Assembly (NCBI GenBank): GCA_938008665.1
Contig: CALLKA010000149.1
Coordinates: forward strand, 694-64,693
DNA from: an uncultured Bacteroidota bacterium
GTDB taxonomy: Bacteria; Bacteroidota; Bacteroidia; Chitinophagales; Chitinophagaceae
Direction of reading: 5' to 3'
DNA length: 64,000 nt
Shown in pieces: positions 21,401 to 29,969 of the stretch (within the stretch, counting starts at the first letter, position 1; each line of letters starts with the position of its first letter). The position numbers and the translations under genes are program-made. The notes under the pieces were generated by a model. It saw only the letters and a program-made list of their open reading frames with translations. It was not told the origin of the DNA and made no database searches.

Positions 21401-21492
21401 GGTTAGGTTTAGATCCTGAAAATGGAGGTGTATTAGGTCAATCTAATCCAGTATTTAAGACAATCAATTTTGGAACAACATTAACCTTTTAA
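18433..21492 (+). CDS. susC: SusC/RagA family TonB-dependent outer-membrane transporter
   Basis: N-terminal CarboxypepD_reg-like domain, VVIIGYG, PLIILDG, DASAAAIYGSRAANGVIIVTTK, LSWEKT, C-terminal Phe. ATG 18433 gives a signal peptide. Confidence 0.95.
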   Translation: MLRLLTFCFMLFLSTQALAQNKVLTGKVNDAAGNPISGASVRVVGSNKGTLTNEKGEFTLTIAANASLQFSSTNFETKVVAVQGKSSLSIVLAQETTSLSDVVIIGYGSQKKKDLTGAVRKINLEGSPLSTMTNINALSALQGTPGVNIGAVTTAGASPSVLVRGQRSLSASNAPLIILDGVIFSGNLNEINTQDIASFDVLMDASAAAIYGSRAANGVIIVTTKVGKSGKPTITFTNNYGVQSWTKKPDMRMGEDFIKWRTDNRKLAGQADLSVQKVLDAKELVAYNAGQQINWLDEITQFAPLNDVNMSVSGKSENINYYVSGSFLDQKGVIDNDRFKKYNVAAKLDAKINKWLSYGLNYYYSARDYSGLLPQMGQATIGTPYAYKWKDEAKNILDKAPTPANLINPYWETQYDDNLEKYTSTRIIGYVAADVPYIKGLNFRVNISKNKAETVSGNFRHETYFINPDNPADIATPTKYLSSTSGSMANVLNNSWEVQNLLTYKKSYRNHNFDALAGYQRDYTSISTLSTSASDFAAAGTTVLGYYGLHLGNPANQRVRSYFEERSNLAYLGRLNYNFNSKYYLTMNYRKDGYSAFAPGHKFAEFYGGALAYAISEEAFFKKALPVVNYLKFRLGYGQNGNQGIDPYETLANVSSGSTVFGPTSTMYIYQGNLSNLGLSWEKTTTLNIGLNFAMFNNRISGDLNIYKSQTTDQLLTRSLPSLSGFGSVRTNIGQVDNQGVEASITGVIIEPKSANGIRWEATANLWMNRNKVVALTGVDADGNGVEDDDLGNRWFIGKPIGAIYDYKVEGIVQTGDADYIAKYGAKPGDLKIIDLNGTVRGDGLPDGKINSLDRTIIGYVQPRYSWSFANTVSYKNWQFYFNFNAITGGGSDNYYMSPNATYNLTAFGNNQQQNWLNLQYWTPETPTNTFTRPNYSNPYGYTYPHARTFIRLQDVSLQYALNAKQIEKLKIKGLKFYVSAKNPIVFSDWLGLDPENGGVLGQSNPVFKTINFGTTLTF

Positions 21493-21516
21493 TCACCTAG
21501 AATAATTAATAATATT

Positions 21517-23202
21517 ATGAAAACTCAAATGAAAAAAATATCAATTGTTCTATTTGCTGTTTGTTTTTTAATAAGCTGTAAAAAGGACGACGCTTTTTTA
21601 GAAGAAGTTAGAAAAGATGGATTAACAGTAGATAATGCCTTAGTGACAAGATCTCAGTTTGAATTAGCTTTAAACTCTTGTTACAGACAAGTTCAGTATT
21701 TTTATAATTCCACTGATGGGTGGACTGACTTTTGGCATTTAGGTGTGAATTTTGATGTAGCAGCAACAACAACAATTTATATTGCCGATCCAACAGCGCC
21801 TTGGGTGGATTACACAAAAATCAATTCTCAAGATGCACAATCAGCAAAATGGTGGAACTGGAATTATGCTATTGTAAAATATGCAAATACGGTAATAGGT
21901 GGTGTTGAAAATAAGAGTGTGGTTCTTACTGCTGATGAAAAAAAGGCCTTGCTTGCAGAAGCTAGATTTTTTAGAGCATGGGCATATCGTAATTTAAATA
22001 TAGCATTTGGTGGTGTGCCTATTATTGCAGGACCAGTTACCGAACCAAAAGTTGATTTTGTTCGTAATACGCCTGCAGAATGTAATGCTTTCATCAAAGC
22101 TGACTTAGAATATGCAAGTACGAATCTTCCAATTACAACTACAGTGAATGGTAGAGTGGTAAGAGCAGCTGCTGATAACTTATTAGCTGAAATTAACATC
22201 ATCTTAAAAGATTATGATGGTGCGATTGCTGCAGCTACAAGAGTTATTGGTGGCGCAAGCGGATCCTATTCATTAATGAATACGCGTTTCGGTGCAAGAA
22301 AGGCTGAAACGATGACTACACGTGGAACCCCAACTGATTATTATTGGGATTTGCATGAAATTAATAATACTGATTATCAAATGGGAAATAAGGAAGCCAT
22401 TTGGGTAGCACAATTTGAGCGTACAGTACCCGGAGGTGGTGTTGCTTACCCTGGTTCTGGAAACTGGATGATACAAGGTCGTGCTTATTGGTGTAGACAT
22501 TGGTTATTTGCAAAAGCAGGATTGGCGGTTCCAGGTGCTTCGGATAGTGTTGGTAGAGGTGCTTCCTTTATTCGAGGAACAGATTATAGCAATTGGGGTG
22601 TTTGGGCAAATGCGACAGGTGATATCAGAAACAACGAAACCAATATTCGTCGTAAGTTTTATTTCGGTGCAAATATTGCAGCAACTTCTACGCAACCAGC
22701 GTATAAAAAAGGAGATTTAATTCCAAAATCTTTTTTAACTGCAGCCGAAGATTCTATGTGGTATTGCTATCCAAACTGGACCAAATTCGGCACTGACAAA
22801 CATTATGATGGAAACTTTGTAAATGGTTATACGAAAGACCAATATGTGATGAGGTTGCCAGAAACCTTATTATTAAGAGCAGAAGCATATATTGCTAAAG
22901 GCGATAAGGCTAGTGCATTGGCGGATGTTAATACCATACGCGCGCGTGCAAAAGCACCATTAGCTACAGTGAATGAAATGGATATAAACTACATTTTAGA
23001 TGAACGCGTTAGAGAATTATACGGCGAAGAATTTAGAATGTTAACCTTGATGAGATTAGGGTTAGTGTTCGATCGTGTACAAAAATATGGCGGAGCTATT
23101 CAACGTACAACAGTATCTGCAAAAAATAATTTATTACCTATCCCACAAGGTGAAATCGATAAAAATATTGGCGCAAAGTTGGTTCAAAATCCTGGATATT
23201 AG
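21517..23202 (+). CDS. susD: SusD/RagB family nutrient-binding lipoprotein
   Basis: Lipobox LISC; EARFFRAWAY; MRLPETLLLRAEA; ILDERVRELYGE; C-terminal LPIPQGEI...QNPGY. Confidence 0.95.
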   Translation: MKTQMKKISIVLFAVCFLISCKKDDAFLEEVRKDGLTVDNALVTRSQFELALNSCYRQVQYFYNSTDGWTDFWHLGVNFDVAATTTIYIADPTAPWVDYTKINSQDAQSAKWWNWNYAIVKYANTVIGGVENKSVVLTADEKKALLAEARFFRAWAYRNLNIAFGGVPIIAGPVTEPKVDFVRNTPAECNAFIKADLEYASTNLPITTTVNGRVVRAAADNLLAEINIILKDYDGAIAAATRVIGGASGSYSLMNTRFGARKAETMTTRGTPTDYYWDLHEINNTDYQMGNKEAIWVAQFERTVPGGGVAYPGSGNWMIQGRAYWCRHWLFAKAGLAVPGASDSVGRGASFIRGTDYSNWGVWANATGDIRNNETNIRRKFYFGANIAATSTQPAYKKGDLIPKSFLTAAEDSMWYCYPNWTKFGTDKHYDGNFVNGYTKDQYVMRLPETLLLRAEAYIAKGDKASALADVNTIRARAKAPLATVNEMDINYILDERVRELYGEEFRMLTLMRLGLVFDRVQKYGGAIQRTTVSAKNNLLPIPQGEIDKNIGAKLVQNPGY

Positions 23203-23222
23203 GATAAATAGTTCAATCGTTT

Positions 23223-23276
23223 AAAATAGCCAACTATTATTTACTTAAATTTAAGTAGTAATAGTTGGCTATTTTT
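23223..23276 (+). terminator. Long hairpin / intrinsic terminator after susD
   Basis: AAAATAGCCAACTATTA...TAATAGTTGGCTATTTT inverted repeat followed by a T-run. Confidence 0.75.
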
Positions 23277-23305
23277 ATTTAAAGAATTCCAAAATTTCAT
23301 AGTAT

Positions 23306-26300
23306 ATGTATAAATATTGCAAAGTTGTTTACTCAAGAATATATTTTTTTAATTTTTGTTTTGTTGCGCTTTCACTTATAAGTTTTAATTCGTTAAACGC
23401 CCAAACAGATCAGTTTGCTAAAATTGGCGCACAAAAGTATGCACTTCAAAAAAATTTATTAATTGAGCCGCCGCCCCCTGTTTTAACTAATAAAGTACTT
23501 CCTGGTGGTTTAATGCAAGGTGACGCATTTAAATACAATCATCAAATCTCAACGAAACAGGAACTGCAACTGGAATTAGATTCAATCAAAAAACACTATG
23601 CGGATTTTTTAAAATCTTTTTCTCCACTCCAAAAGTCTTTACGTCGTCAAATTCCAATTGAAACAATGAGTTGGCGTATTGGAACGATCGATGACCAACA
23701 AAACTTTAAAAATACTTTAGAAGGCAAGGGTGATTGGCAGGAAGTAAAAATGCCTCATTATGGGCCACCTGTTGGGCACGCTGTTACTTATTATACTAAG
23801 GAGATTATTTTAAATGAGGATATGTTAAGCTTGGGTAGTTTATTTACTTGTTTTAAGGGGGTAGATTATAAAGCAGAGGTCTATTTTAATAATGTTTTTG
23901 TTGGAAAGCATGAAGGTTTTTTTGCGCCATTTGAATTTGATGTAATAAAATATGCGCATAAAGGAAAAAACACATTATTGGTTAAAGTGATTAACGAGCC
24001 AACCATAACAGGTTCTGTAGATGACAAAGGCATACATACGGTAGGTAATAAAATTTATGCTGCGGGTGGCTTAGGCTATGATGAACCCATAGAAGGTTGG
24101 CATATTTGCCCACCAGCCATGGGTATTTATCAGGATTGTTATTTAGAAGCAAGAGCCACTTTATTTGTATCAGATGTTTTTGTTCGTCCAATGACACAAG
24201 ATAGTAAGGCGGAGGTTTGGTTGGAAATTTTCAATACTGAAAATAACCAAAAAAATATTTCAATTGACTTGTCTTTGTATGGTGAAAATTTTAAGGCAAC
24301 CTTGTTTGAAAATAAAAATTATTTGGCAAGTACAACACATATTCCAGGAATAGGGGATTTGGTCAAACCAACTGATTGGCAAACTAAATCATTACCCATG
24401 CAGTATGGGGTAAATTATATCAAAATTCCAATAAGTATACCCGATTTTAAATGGTGGGAAACAAATACGCCTTGGTTGTATAATTTACAAATTAAATTAT
24501 CAGAAGCTAATAATAGAGAAGTGGATAGAGTAAATAAGAATTTTGGGATGAGAAGCTTTCAAATGGATACGGTGAACATACCCAAAGGTAAAATGTTTTT
24601 AAACGGGAAGCCGATTCGATTGAGGGGTGCAAACTCCATGGGGTTTGAACAAAATGATGTAAAAAATAAAAATTGGAACCAACTCATTGATGATATTTTA
24701 TTAGCAAAGCTGGCTAATATGAATTTTTTAAGATTCACGCAACGTCCAGTGCAATCGGAAGTGTATGATTACTGTGATAAACTAGGCATGTTAAATCAAA
24801 CCGATCTTCCTTTATTTGGAGCACTAAGGGTGAATCAATTTACAGAAGCAGTAAAACAAGCGGAGGAAATGGAAAGATTAGTGCGATCACACCCTTCAAC
24901 TGTAGTAGTTACTTATATGAATGAACGTTTCCCAAATGCAGAAGGGAGTCCACAACGCAGTTTTGATAATTCTGAGGCCATTTATAAAGTTTTTGCTGCG
25001 ATGGATCAAGCTGTTTTATTATCTAATCCTGATAGGGTCATAAAAGCAGGAGATGGTGATTATGACCCACCAAGTCCTGGTCTTCCTGATGCGCATTGTT
25101 ATAACACATGGTACAATGGGCATGCCTTAGATTTAGGTAAATTCTATAAAGGGTATTGGCAATTGATAAAACCTAATTGGTTGTATGGTTGCGGCGAATT
25201 TGGTGCCGAAGGTTTGGACCCACTCAATACCATGTTAAAATATTATCCAAAAACATGGCTGCCACAAAATGACACTGAAAATAAGGTTTGGACCGCAAAT
25301 AAAATTTCTAAATCACAAACCAATACATTTCATTACATGTGGTATCCTACACAAGTAGGTCTTGAAAATTGGATTAATGAAAGTCAAGATTTTCAGGCAT
25401 GGGCCATGAAATTAGTGGCTGAATCATTCAGAAGAGATTATCGAAATGTTTCCGCAGCAGTACATTTATTTATAGATGCATGGCCTGCAGGTTGGATGAA
25501 AGCAATCATGGATGTGGATAGACAACCTAAAAAAGCCTTCTTCAGTTATCGTAATGCATTGGCGCCCTTATTGCCTTCCATTAGGAGTGACCGAAATTCA
25601 TTCACGGCTGGTGATACTGCAAAACTAGAGGCTTGGATTTCAAATGATCAAAATAGCATTCCAATAAATCATACTGTGCAATACGAAGTATTTATCAATG
25701 GCAAAGCGGTGGTAAGACAATCGGCGAAAGCGGATATTTTATCAAATGCGCCACAATTTCAAGGTTTTATTAAGTTTATCGTACCTAATGTTTTAACAAG
25801 AACAACCGCAAATATTAAGTTAGGTGTATTTAATGATAAGGGAATATGTATCGAGCACAACACGCTAGAATTACAAATTTTCCCTGCGATCAAAAAATCA
25901 ACACAACAACTATTTGTATTGGGTACAGAACAAAGTAAAGCAAATAAAATTGCCGCAGATTTGAATTATAAGATAGCCTCTGTTATGAATAATGCGCAAG
26001 TAGTTATTGTTGATGGCCCTGCAGATTATGAAAAAAACAAAATCGAAATTAATGCTTTTGTTAAAAATGGCGGTAAGGCAATATTAAATGAATGGCCTAA
26101 TGGCGATTATGAAATTGAAAGCAATAAATTTAATATTCAATCTACCATTATGGGTAATTATTATTTTGCTAACATTAGTAATGAAGTTTTGACTTCGTCA
26201 ACATTAAAGCCGAAAGATTTTTTTATGTGGTATGATAAATCCAAAGATTATATACAACCTATTTTATATTCCGTGATTAAAGCGCCTAATTTTAAACCAT

Positions 26301-26473
26301 TGGCAACTAGTGGCCTTTGTAATTTCGCTGGGGAGGATCCTGCTGGTTATTTAGCCACTGGGTCATTTAAATATGGCAAAGGGCAATTTATTGTTAATAC
26401 CATTAGTTTAGCAGGAAGAATCAAGGAAAATCCAGCCGGTGTCGAGTTCTTAAAAACAATCTTGAAAAAATAA
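23306..26473 (+). CDS. GH2-like glycoside hydrolase, secreted
   Basis: FKGVDYKAEVYFN...G.HEG.F.PF sugar-binding domain; W....P.LY; FGMR; LNGKPI.LRGAN; putative catalytic MNE and CGEFG. Confidence 0.8.
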   Translation: MYKYCKVVYSRIYFFNFCFVALSLISFNSLNAQTDQFAKIGAQKYALQKNLLIEPPPPVLTNKVLPGGLMQGDAFKYNHQISTKQELQLELDSIKKHYADFLKSFSPLQKSLRRQIPIETMSWRIGTIDDQQNFKNTLEGKGDWQEVKMPHYGPPVGHAVTYYTKEIILNEDMLSLGSLFTCFKGVDYKAEVYFNNVFVGKHEGFFAPFEFDVIKYAHKGKNTLLVKVINEPTITGSVDDKGIHTVGNKIYAAGGLGYDEPIEGWHICPPAMGIYQDCYLEARATLFVSDVFVRPMTQDSKAEVWLEIFNTENNQKNISIDLSLYGENFKATLFENKNYLASTTHIPGIGDLVKPTDWQTKSLPMQYGVNYIKIPISIPDFKWWETNTPWLYNLQIKLSEANNREVDRVNKNFGMRSFQMDTVNIPKGKMFLNGKPIRLRGANSMGFEQNDVKNKNWNQLIDDILLAKLANMNFLRFTQRPVQSEVYDYCDKLGMLNQTDLPLFGALRVNQFTEAVKQAEEMERLVRSHPSTVVVTYMNERFPNAEGSPQRSFDNSEAIYKVFAAMDQAVLLSNPDRVIKAGDGDYDPPSPGLPDAHCYNTWYNGHALDLGKFYKGYWQLIKPNWLYGCGEFGAEGLDPLNTMLKYYPKTWLPQNDTENKVWTANKISKSQTNTFHYMWYPTQVGLENWINESQDFQAWAMKLVAESFRRDYRNVSAAVHLFIDAWPAGWMKAIMDVDRQPKKAFFSYRNALAPLLPSIRSDRNSFTAGDTAKLEAWISNDQNSIPINHTVQYEVFINGKAVVRQSAKADILSNAPQFQGFIKFIVPNVLTRTTANIKLGVFNDKGICIEHNTLELQIFPAIKKSTQQLFVLGTEQSKANKIAADLNYKIASVMNNAQVVIVDGPADYEKNKIEINAFVKNGGKAILNEWPNGDYEIESNKFNIQSTIMGNYYFANISNEVLTSSTLKPKDFFMWYDKSKDYIQPILYSVIKAPNFKPLATSGLCNFAGEDPAGYLATGSFKYGKGQFIVNTISLAGRIKENPAGVEFLKTILKK

Positions 26474-26481
26474 AATATTTT

Positions 26482-27294
26482 ATGCGTAATAATATTTCAT
26501 ATTACTGTCCACATTGGGGTAACCAAAAATCTTTTGATACTTTTTGTAAGAATGTAAAAAATGCAGGTTATGATGGTGTTGAGATGGATATTCCATTTGA
26601 CGAAGATGAGCGCGACCATATTTTTGTCAAATTAAAAAAATACCAACTTAAGCTAATAGGTCAATATTGGCAATCCATGGAAAAGGATTTTAAAACACAT
26701 AAGGCTAATTTTACAAAACACTTGTATCATTTAGCTTCCTTTGAGCCTGTATTAATTAATACACAAACAGGGAAGGATTATTTCAGCTTTGAAAAAAATA
26801 TGGAACTCATTCAGCTTGCTGAAAATATTAGTAAGCAAACCGGTGTAATGATTGTACATGAAACGCATCGTGGTAAGTTTTTATACAATTTACCCGTTGT
26901 CCAAGCTTGTATAAAGGCAAATAAAAATGTGAAACTTACTTTGGATGCCTCTCATTTTTGTAATGTTCATGAATCTTATTTGGAGGATCAAGCGGAAGCT
27001 TTACAGGCAGCCATTACGCATACCCAACATTTACACGCAAGAGTAGGGCATCCTGAAGGGCCACAAGTAAATGACCCTCGGGCACCTGAATGGGCAGAAG
27101 CGTTAAAAAAACATTTTTCATGGTGGGATCAGGTGGTTGCATTGCATAAGAAAAACAAGACAGCCTTAACCATTACCACTGAATTTGGCCCTGCACCCTA
27201 TATGCCAAGTTATCCTTATTCAAATAAACCTGTTGCAAAACAATGGGATATTAATATATTTATGTTGACCCAATTACAAAATCGTTATAAATAA
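26482..27294 (+). CDS. Sugar phosphate isomerase/epimerase family (xylose isomerase-like TIM barrel)
   Basis: AGYDGVE, HETHRG, LTLDASHF, HLHARVG, TTEFGP. Confidence 0.85.
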   Translation: MRNNISYYCPHWGNQKSFDTFCKNVKNAGYDGVEMDIPFDEDERDHIFVKLKKYQLKLIGQYWQSMEKDFKTHKANFTKHLYHLASFEPVLINTQTGKDYFSFEKNMELIQLAENISKQTGVMIVHETHRGKFLYNLPVVQACIKANKNVKLTLDASHFCNVHESYLEDQAEALQAAITHTQHLHARVGHPEGPQVNDPRAPEWAEALKKHFSWWDQVVALHKKNKTALTITTEFGPAPYMPSYPYSNKPVAKQWDINIFMLTQLQNRYK

Positions 27295-27297
27295 TTT

Positions 27298-29559
27298 ATG
27301 AAAATAAAATGTATACTAGCTTGCTTGATAATATCATTTCATATACAAAATGTAAGTGCACAAGTTTTTAATATTTTACCCTATCCAAATAAATTGGAAA
27401 CCACTACCAAGGGTCAATTTGATTTAAATACTACAATTGAAATTACAAGTGCCATAACTGATCCGATGGTAACGCCCACTATTCAATTATTGAAAGAAAA
27501 CCTAAAGCAATACCGTAAAACATCACCCATTGGAAAAACAAAATTTGAAATCTATCTAGATAATTCAATCACGAATAAGGAAGGGTATACGCTTAGTGTC
27601 GCATCCAATAAAATTATTTTAAAAGGAAATAACGCAATTGGTGTTTTTTATGGTGTTCAAACATTTTTACAATTAGCAGAACAGTTTAAAAAAACCAAAT
27701 TAATTCCCGCTGTATTTATTGAGGATGCACCCGCTTTATCCTATAGAGGTTTAATGCTGGACGTATCAAGACATTTTTTCCCAATTGATTTTGTTAAAAA
27801 ACTAGTTGATATTATGGCGATGCAAAAGATGAATAATTTGCATATGCATTTAACGGATGACCAAGGCTGGCGGATTGAGATTAAAAAGTATCCAAAGCTG
27901 ACAGAGGTTGGTGGCTATCGCAATGGTACCATTATTGGCAAGTTTCCTGGAGATGGAAATACCAATCAACGTTATGGTGGGTTTTATACGCAAGCAGAAT
28001 TGAAGGACTTAGTGCGTTATGCCGCCACTAAATTTATAAATATCGTACCTGAAATAGAAATGCCAGGGCATGCGAGTGCAGCTATTGCTGCCTATCCTGC
28101 TTTAAGTACTTTTGAAAGTGAAAAAAAGGTACAGGAAACCTGGGGTGTTTTTGAGGATGTGTTTTCACCTACAGAATATACCTTTAATTTTTTACAGGAT
28201 GTTTTAGATGAAGTTATGGCCATTTTTCCTTCACCAGTGATACATATTGGTGGGGATGAATGTCCAAAGGAAGCATGGAAACGTTCGGCATTTTGTCAGC
28301 AATTAATGAAAGAAAAAGGGATCAAGGACGAACATGCTTTACAGAGTTATTTTATTCAACGAATTGAAAAGTATATAAATTCAAAAGGCAGGCAGATTAT
28401 TGGTTGGGATGAAATTTTAGAAGGCGGCTTAGCGCCAAATGCAAAAGTAATGAGTTGGAGAGGGGAAGCCGGCGGTATTGAAGCAGCAAAGCAACATCAT
28501 GATGTAATCATGACACCAATTGATTATTGTTATTTTAATTTTTATCAATCTACTAATCCTAAGGATTCTATCGCTTGGGGTGGATTTTTACCACTTTCAA
28601 AAGTGTATAATTATAATCCAATGCCTAAGGGTTTAAATGAATTAGATGCAACTTATATTAAAGGAATTCAAGCTAATTTATGGACCGAATATGTTACTAA
28701 TGTTAAATTAGCGGAGTATATGTTATTTCCTCGCTCTATTGCTTTTGCTGAAGTTGCTTGGACAAAACAAAAACCAGGGTTTGATCATTTTGTAAAAAGG
28801 TTAGTTCCTTATTTAAGTCAATTAAAAGCAAATGACATTCATTATTCTACGCAGTTATTTGATATTAAAATTAAGAGCAAATTAAATGCGCAAAAAACCG
28901 GTTTTACATTACAAGCGACTGGTGTTGCAAGCCCTGCTGAACTTATTTATGAAATGTCGGGAAAGCCATTGACAATAAAAAGTCCTAAATTAATTGCCCC
29001 ATTAACGGTTTCTACATCTGCGACTATTTCCATTGGTGCTTTATTTGAGAATACAGTAGTTAATGAGGTTCATGCTGAATTCACTATTAATAAAGCTACA
29101 ACCGCTACCATTTTAAATACATCAACACCCGACCCTGCGTATAATCAATCAGGTGCAAAAGGTTGGAGTAATGGCATTATCGGAAGCAGTAATCGTTTTA
29201 ACGATGGGGAATGGTTGGGCTTTAATGGCAAACCCTTTGAAACTGTAATGCAGTTTAATAAAACCGAATCATTAAAGAATGTCCAATTACATTTCTTTCA
29301 ATCAAAAGGCAGTTGGGTGTATTTACCAAAAAGTGTTGAAATATTTAGCTCAATGGATGGTGTGAATTTTAGCTTAATTGCAAAACAAGCTAATTTTGAA
29401 AAAGTCAAAGATGGCAAGTTTACATTGAATATTGCAACACCAGTTGCACAAGCGAAATACTTAAAAATTATTGCACTTCACTTGGATAAAATACCTGCTG
29501 GCAATGCTGGCGCAGGCTCACCTGCTTGGTTGTTTATTGACGAAGTGATGGTGAACTAG
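27298..29559 (+). CDS. GH20 beta-N-acetylhexosaminidase with a C-terminal F5/8-type domain
   Basis: YRGLMLDVSRHF, HLTDDQGWR, PEIEMPGH, catalytic HIGGDE, GIQANLWTEY, terminal WLFIDE. Confidence 0.95.
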   Translation: MKIKCILACLIISFHIQNVSAQVFNILPYPNKLETTTKGQFDLNTTIEITSAITDPMVTPTIQLLKENLKQYRKTSPIGKTKFEIYLDNSITNKEGYTLSVASNKIILKGNNAIGVFYGVQTFLQLAEQFKKTKLIPAVFIEDAPALSYRGLMLDVSRHFFPIDFVKKLVDIMAMQKMNNLHMHLTDDQGWRIEIKKYPKLTEVGGYRNGTIIGKFPGDGNTNQRYGGFYTQAELKDLVRYAATKFINIVPEIEMPGHASAAIAAYPALSTFESEKKVQETWGVFEDVFSPTEYTFNFLQDVLDEVMAIFPSPVIHIGGDECPKEAWKRSAFCQQLMKEKGIKDEHALQSYFIQRIEKYINSKGRQIIGWDEILEGGLAPNAKVMSWRGEAGGIEAAKQHHDVIMTPIDYCYFNFYQSTNPKDSIAWGGFLPLSKVYNYNPMPKGLNELDATYIKGIQANLWTEYVTNVKLAEYMLFPRSIAFAEVAWTKQKPGFDHFVKRLVPYLSQLKANDIHYSTQLFDIKIKSKLNAQKTGFTLQATGVASPAELIYEMSGKPLTIKSPKLIAPLTVSTSATISIGALFENTVVNEVHAEFTINKATTATILNTSTPDPAYNQSGAKGWSNGIIGSSNRFNDGEWLGFNGKPFETVMQFNKTESLKNVQLHFFQSKGSWVYLPKSVEIFSSMDGVNFSLIAKQANFEKVKDGKFTLNIATPVAQAKYLKIIALHLDKIPAGNAGAGSPAWLFIDEVMVN

Positions 29560-29606
29560 AATTACCATTTATATATTGAACTTTTTTCGCACAGCACTAA
29601 TTAAAT

Positions 29607-29641
29607 AAAAAAGCCGTCCCGAGTAAATCAGGACGGCTTTT
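29607..29641 (-). terminator. Intrinsic terminator of the tRNA-like gene, probably bidirectional
   Basis: AAAAAAGCCGTCC-N11-GGACGGCTTTT; on the minus strand the stem is followed by T6 and starts about 5 nt after the RNA's 3' end. Confidence 0.85.
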
Positions 29642-29645
29642 AAGT

Positions 29646-29813
29646 TGCTGTAGGGGGAGGGATCGAACCTCCAAATGGCAGTTAGCTATAACACAAAGTT
29701 CAGTGGTCGACCCTGGTCGCCTATTGCTAGACGGCTCTATGTTACGTTTATCCCGTGATCCCCACCTCCGAGACAAGGAGGCATGTCTGCCAAAAATTTC
29801 ATCACCCCACAGT
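29646..29813 (-). tRNA. Atypical tRNA-like RNA, anticodon GUC (Asp), with a 92-nt structured extra arm
   Basis: Minus strand: acceptor (C)TGTGGGG/CCCTACA(G); T8-G9; D-arm ATG-AAATTTTTGGCAGA-CAT; anticodon arm CCTCC-TTGTCTC-GGAGG (GTC at 29774-29772); 92-nt insertion 29764-29673; T-arm GGAGG-TTCGATC-CCTCC. No encoded CCA. Confidence 0.85.
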
Positions 29814-29866
29814 ATTTAAGAACTATTCATTTGAGTTTTTCTACTTATTTCCCTCATTTGATAAAT

Positions 29867-29898
29867 CAAAACTAAAGTATTGGCCTATATGTTGCAAA
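29867..29898 (-). promoter_or_regulatory. Bacteroidota housekeeping-sigma promoter for the tRNA-like RNA
   Basis: Minus strand TTTG (29898-29895), 20-nt spacer, TAGTTTTG (29874-29867): matches the -33 TTTG / -7 TAnnTTTG consensus. Confidence 0.75.
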
Positions 29899-29969
29899 TA
29901 TTTTAATCATTTATTTTAAAATATAGAAAATGTTTAATAAATTGCTATTATATTTAAAAATAGTTAAAA

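Noticed and set aside
29646-29813. Interpretation as tRNA-Sec (selC), suggested by selD in the window and a possible 8/5 acceptor/T-stem
   Set aside because: The anticodon is GUC, not UCA; the D-stem is 3 bp rather than the long Sec D-stem; no selA or selB is seen.
29646-29813. Interpretation as tmRNA or as a group I intron-containing tRNA
   Set aside because: It has a full D-stem and anticodon arm, is only about 165 nt, and shows no tag ORF. The 92-nt insert is too short for a self-splicing intron and is not in the anticodon loop.
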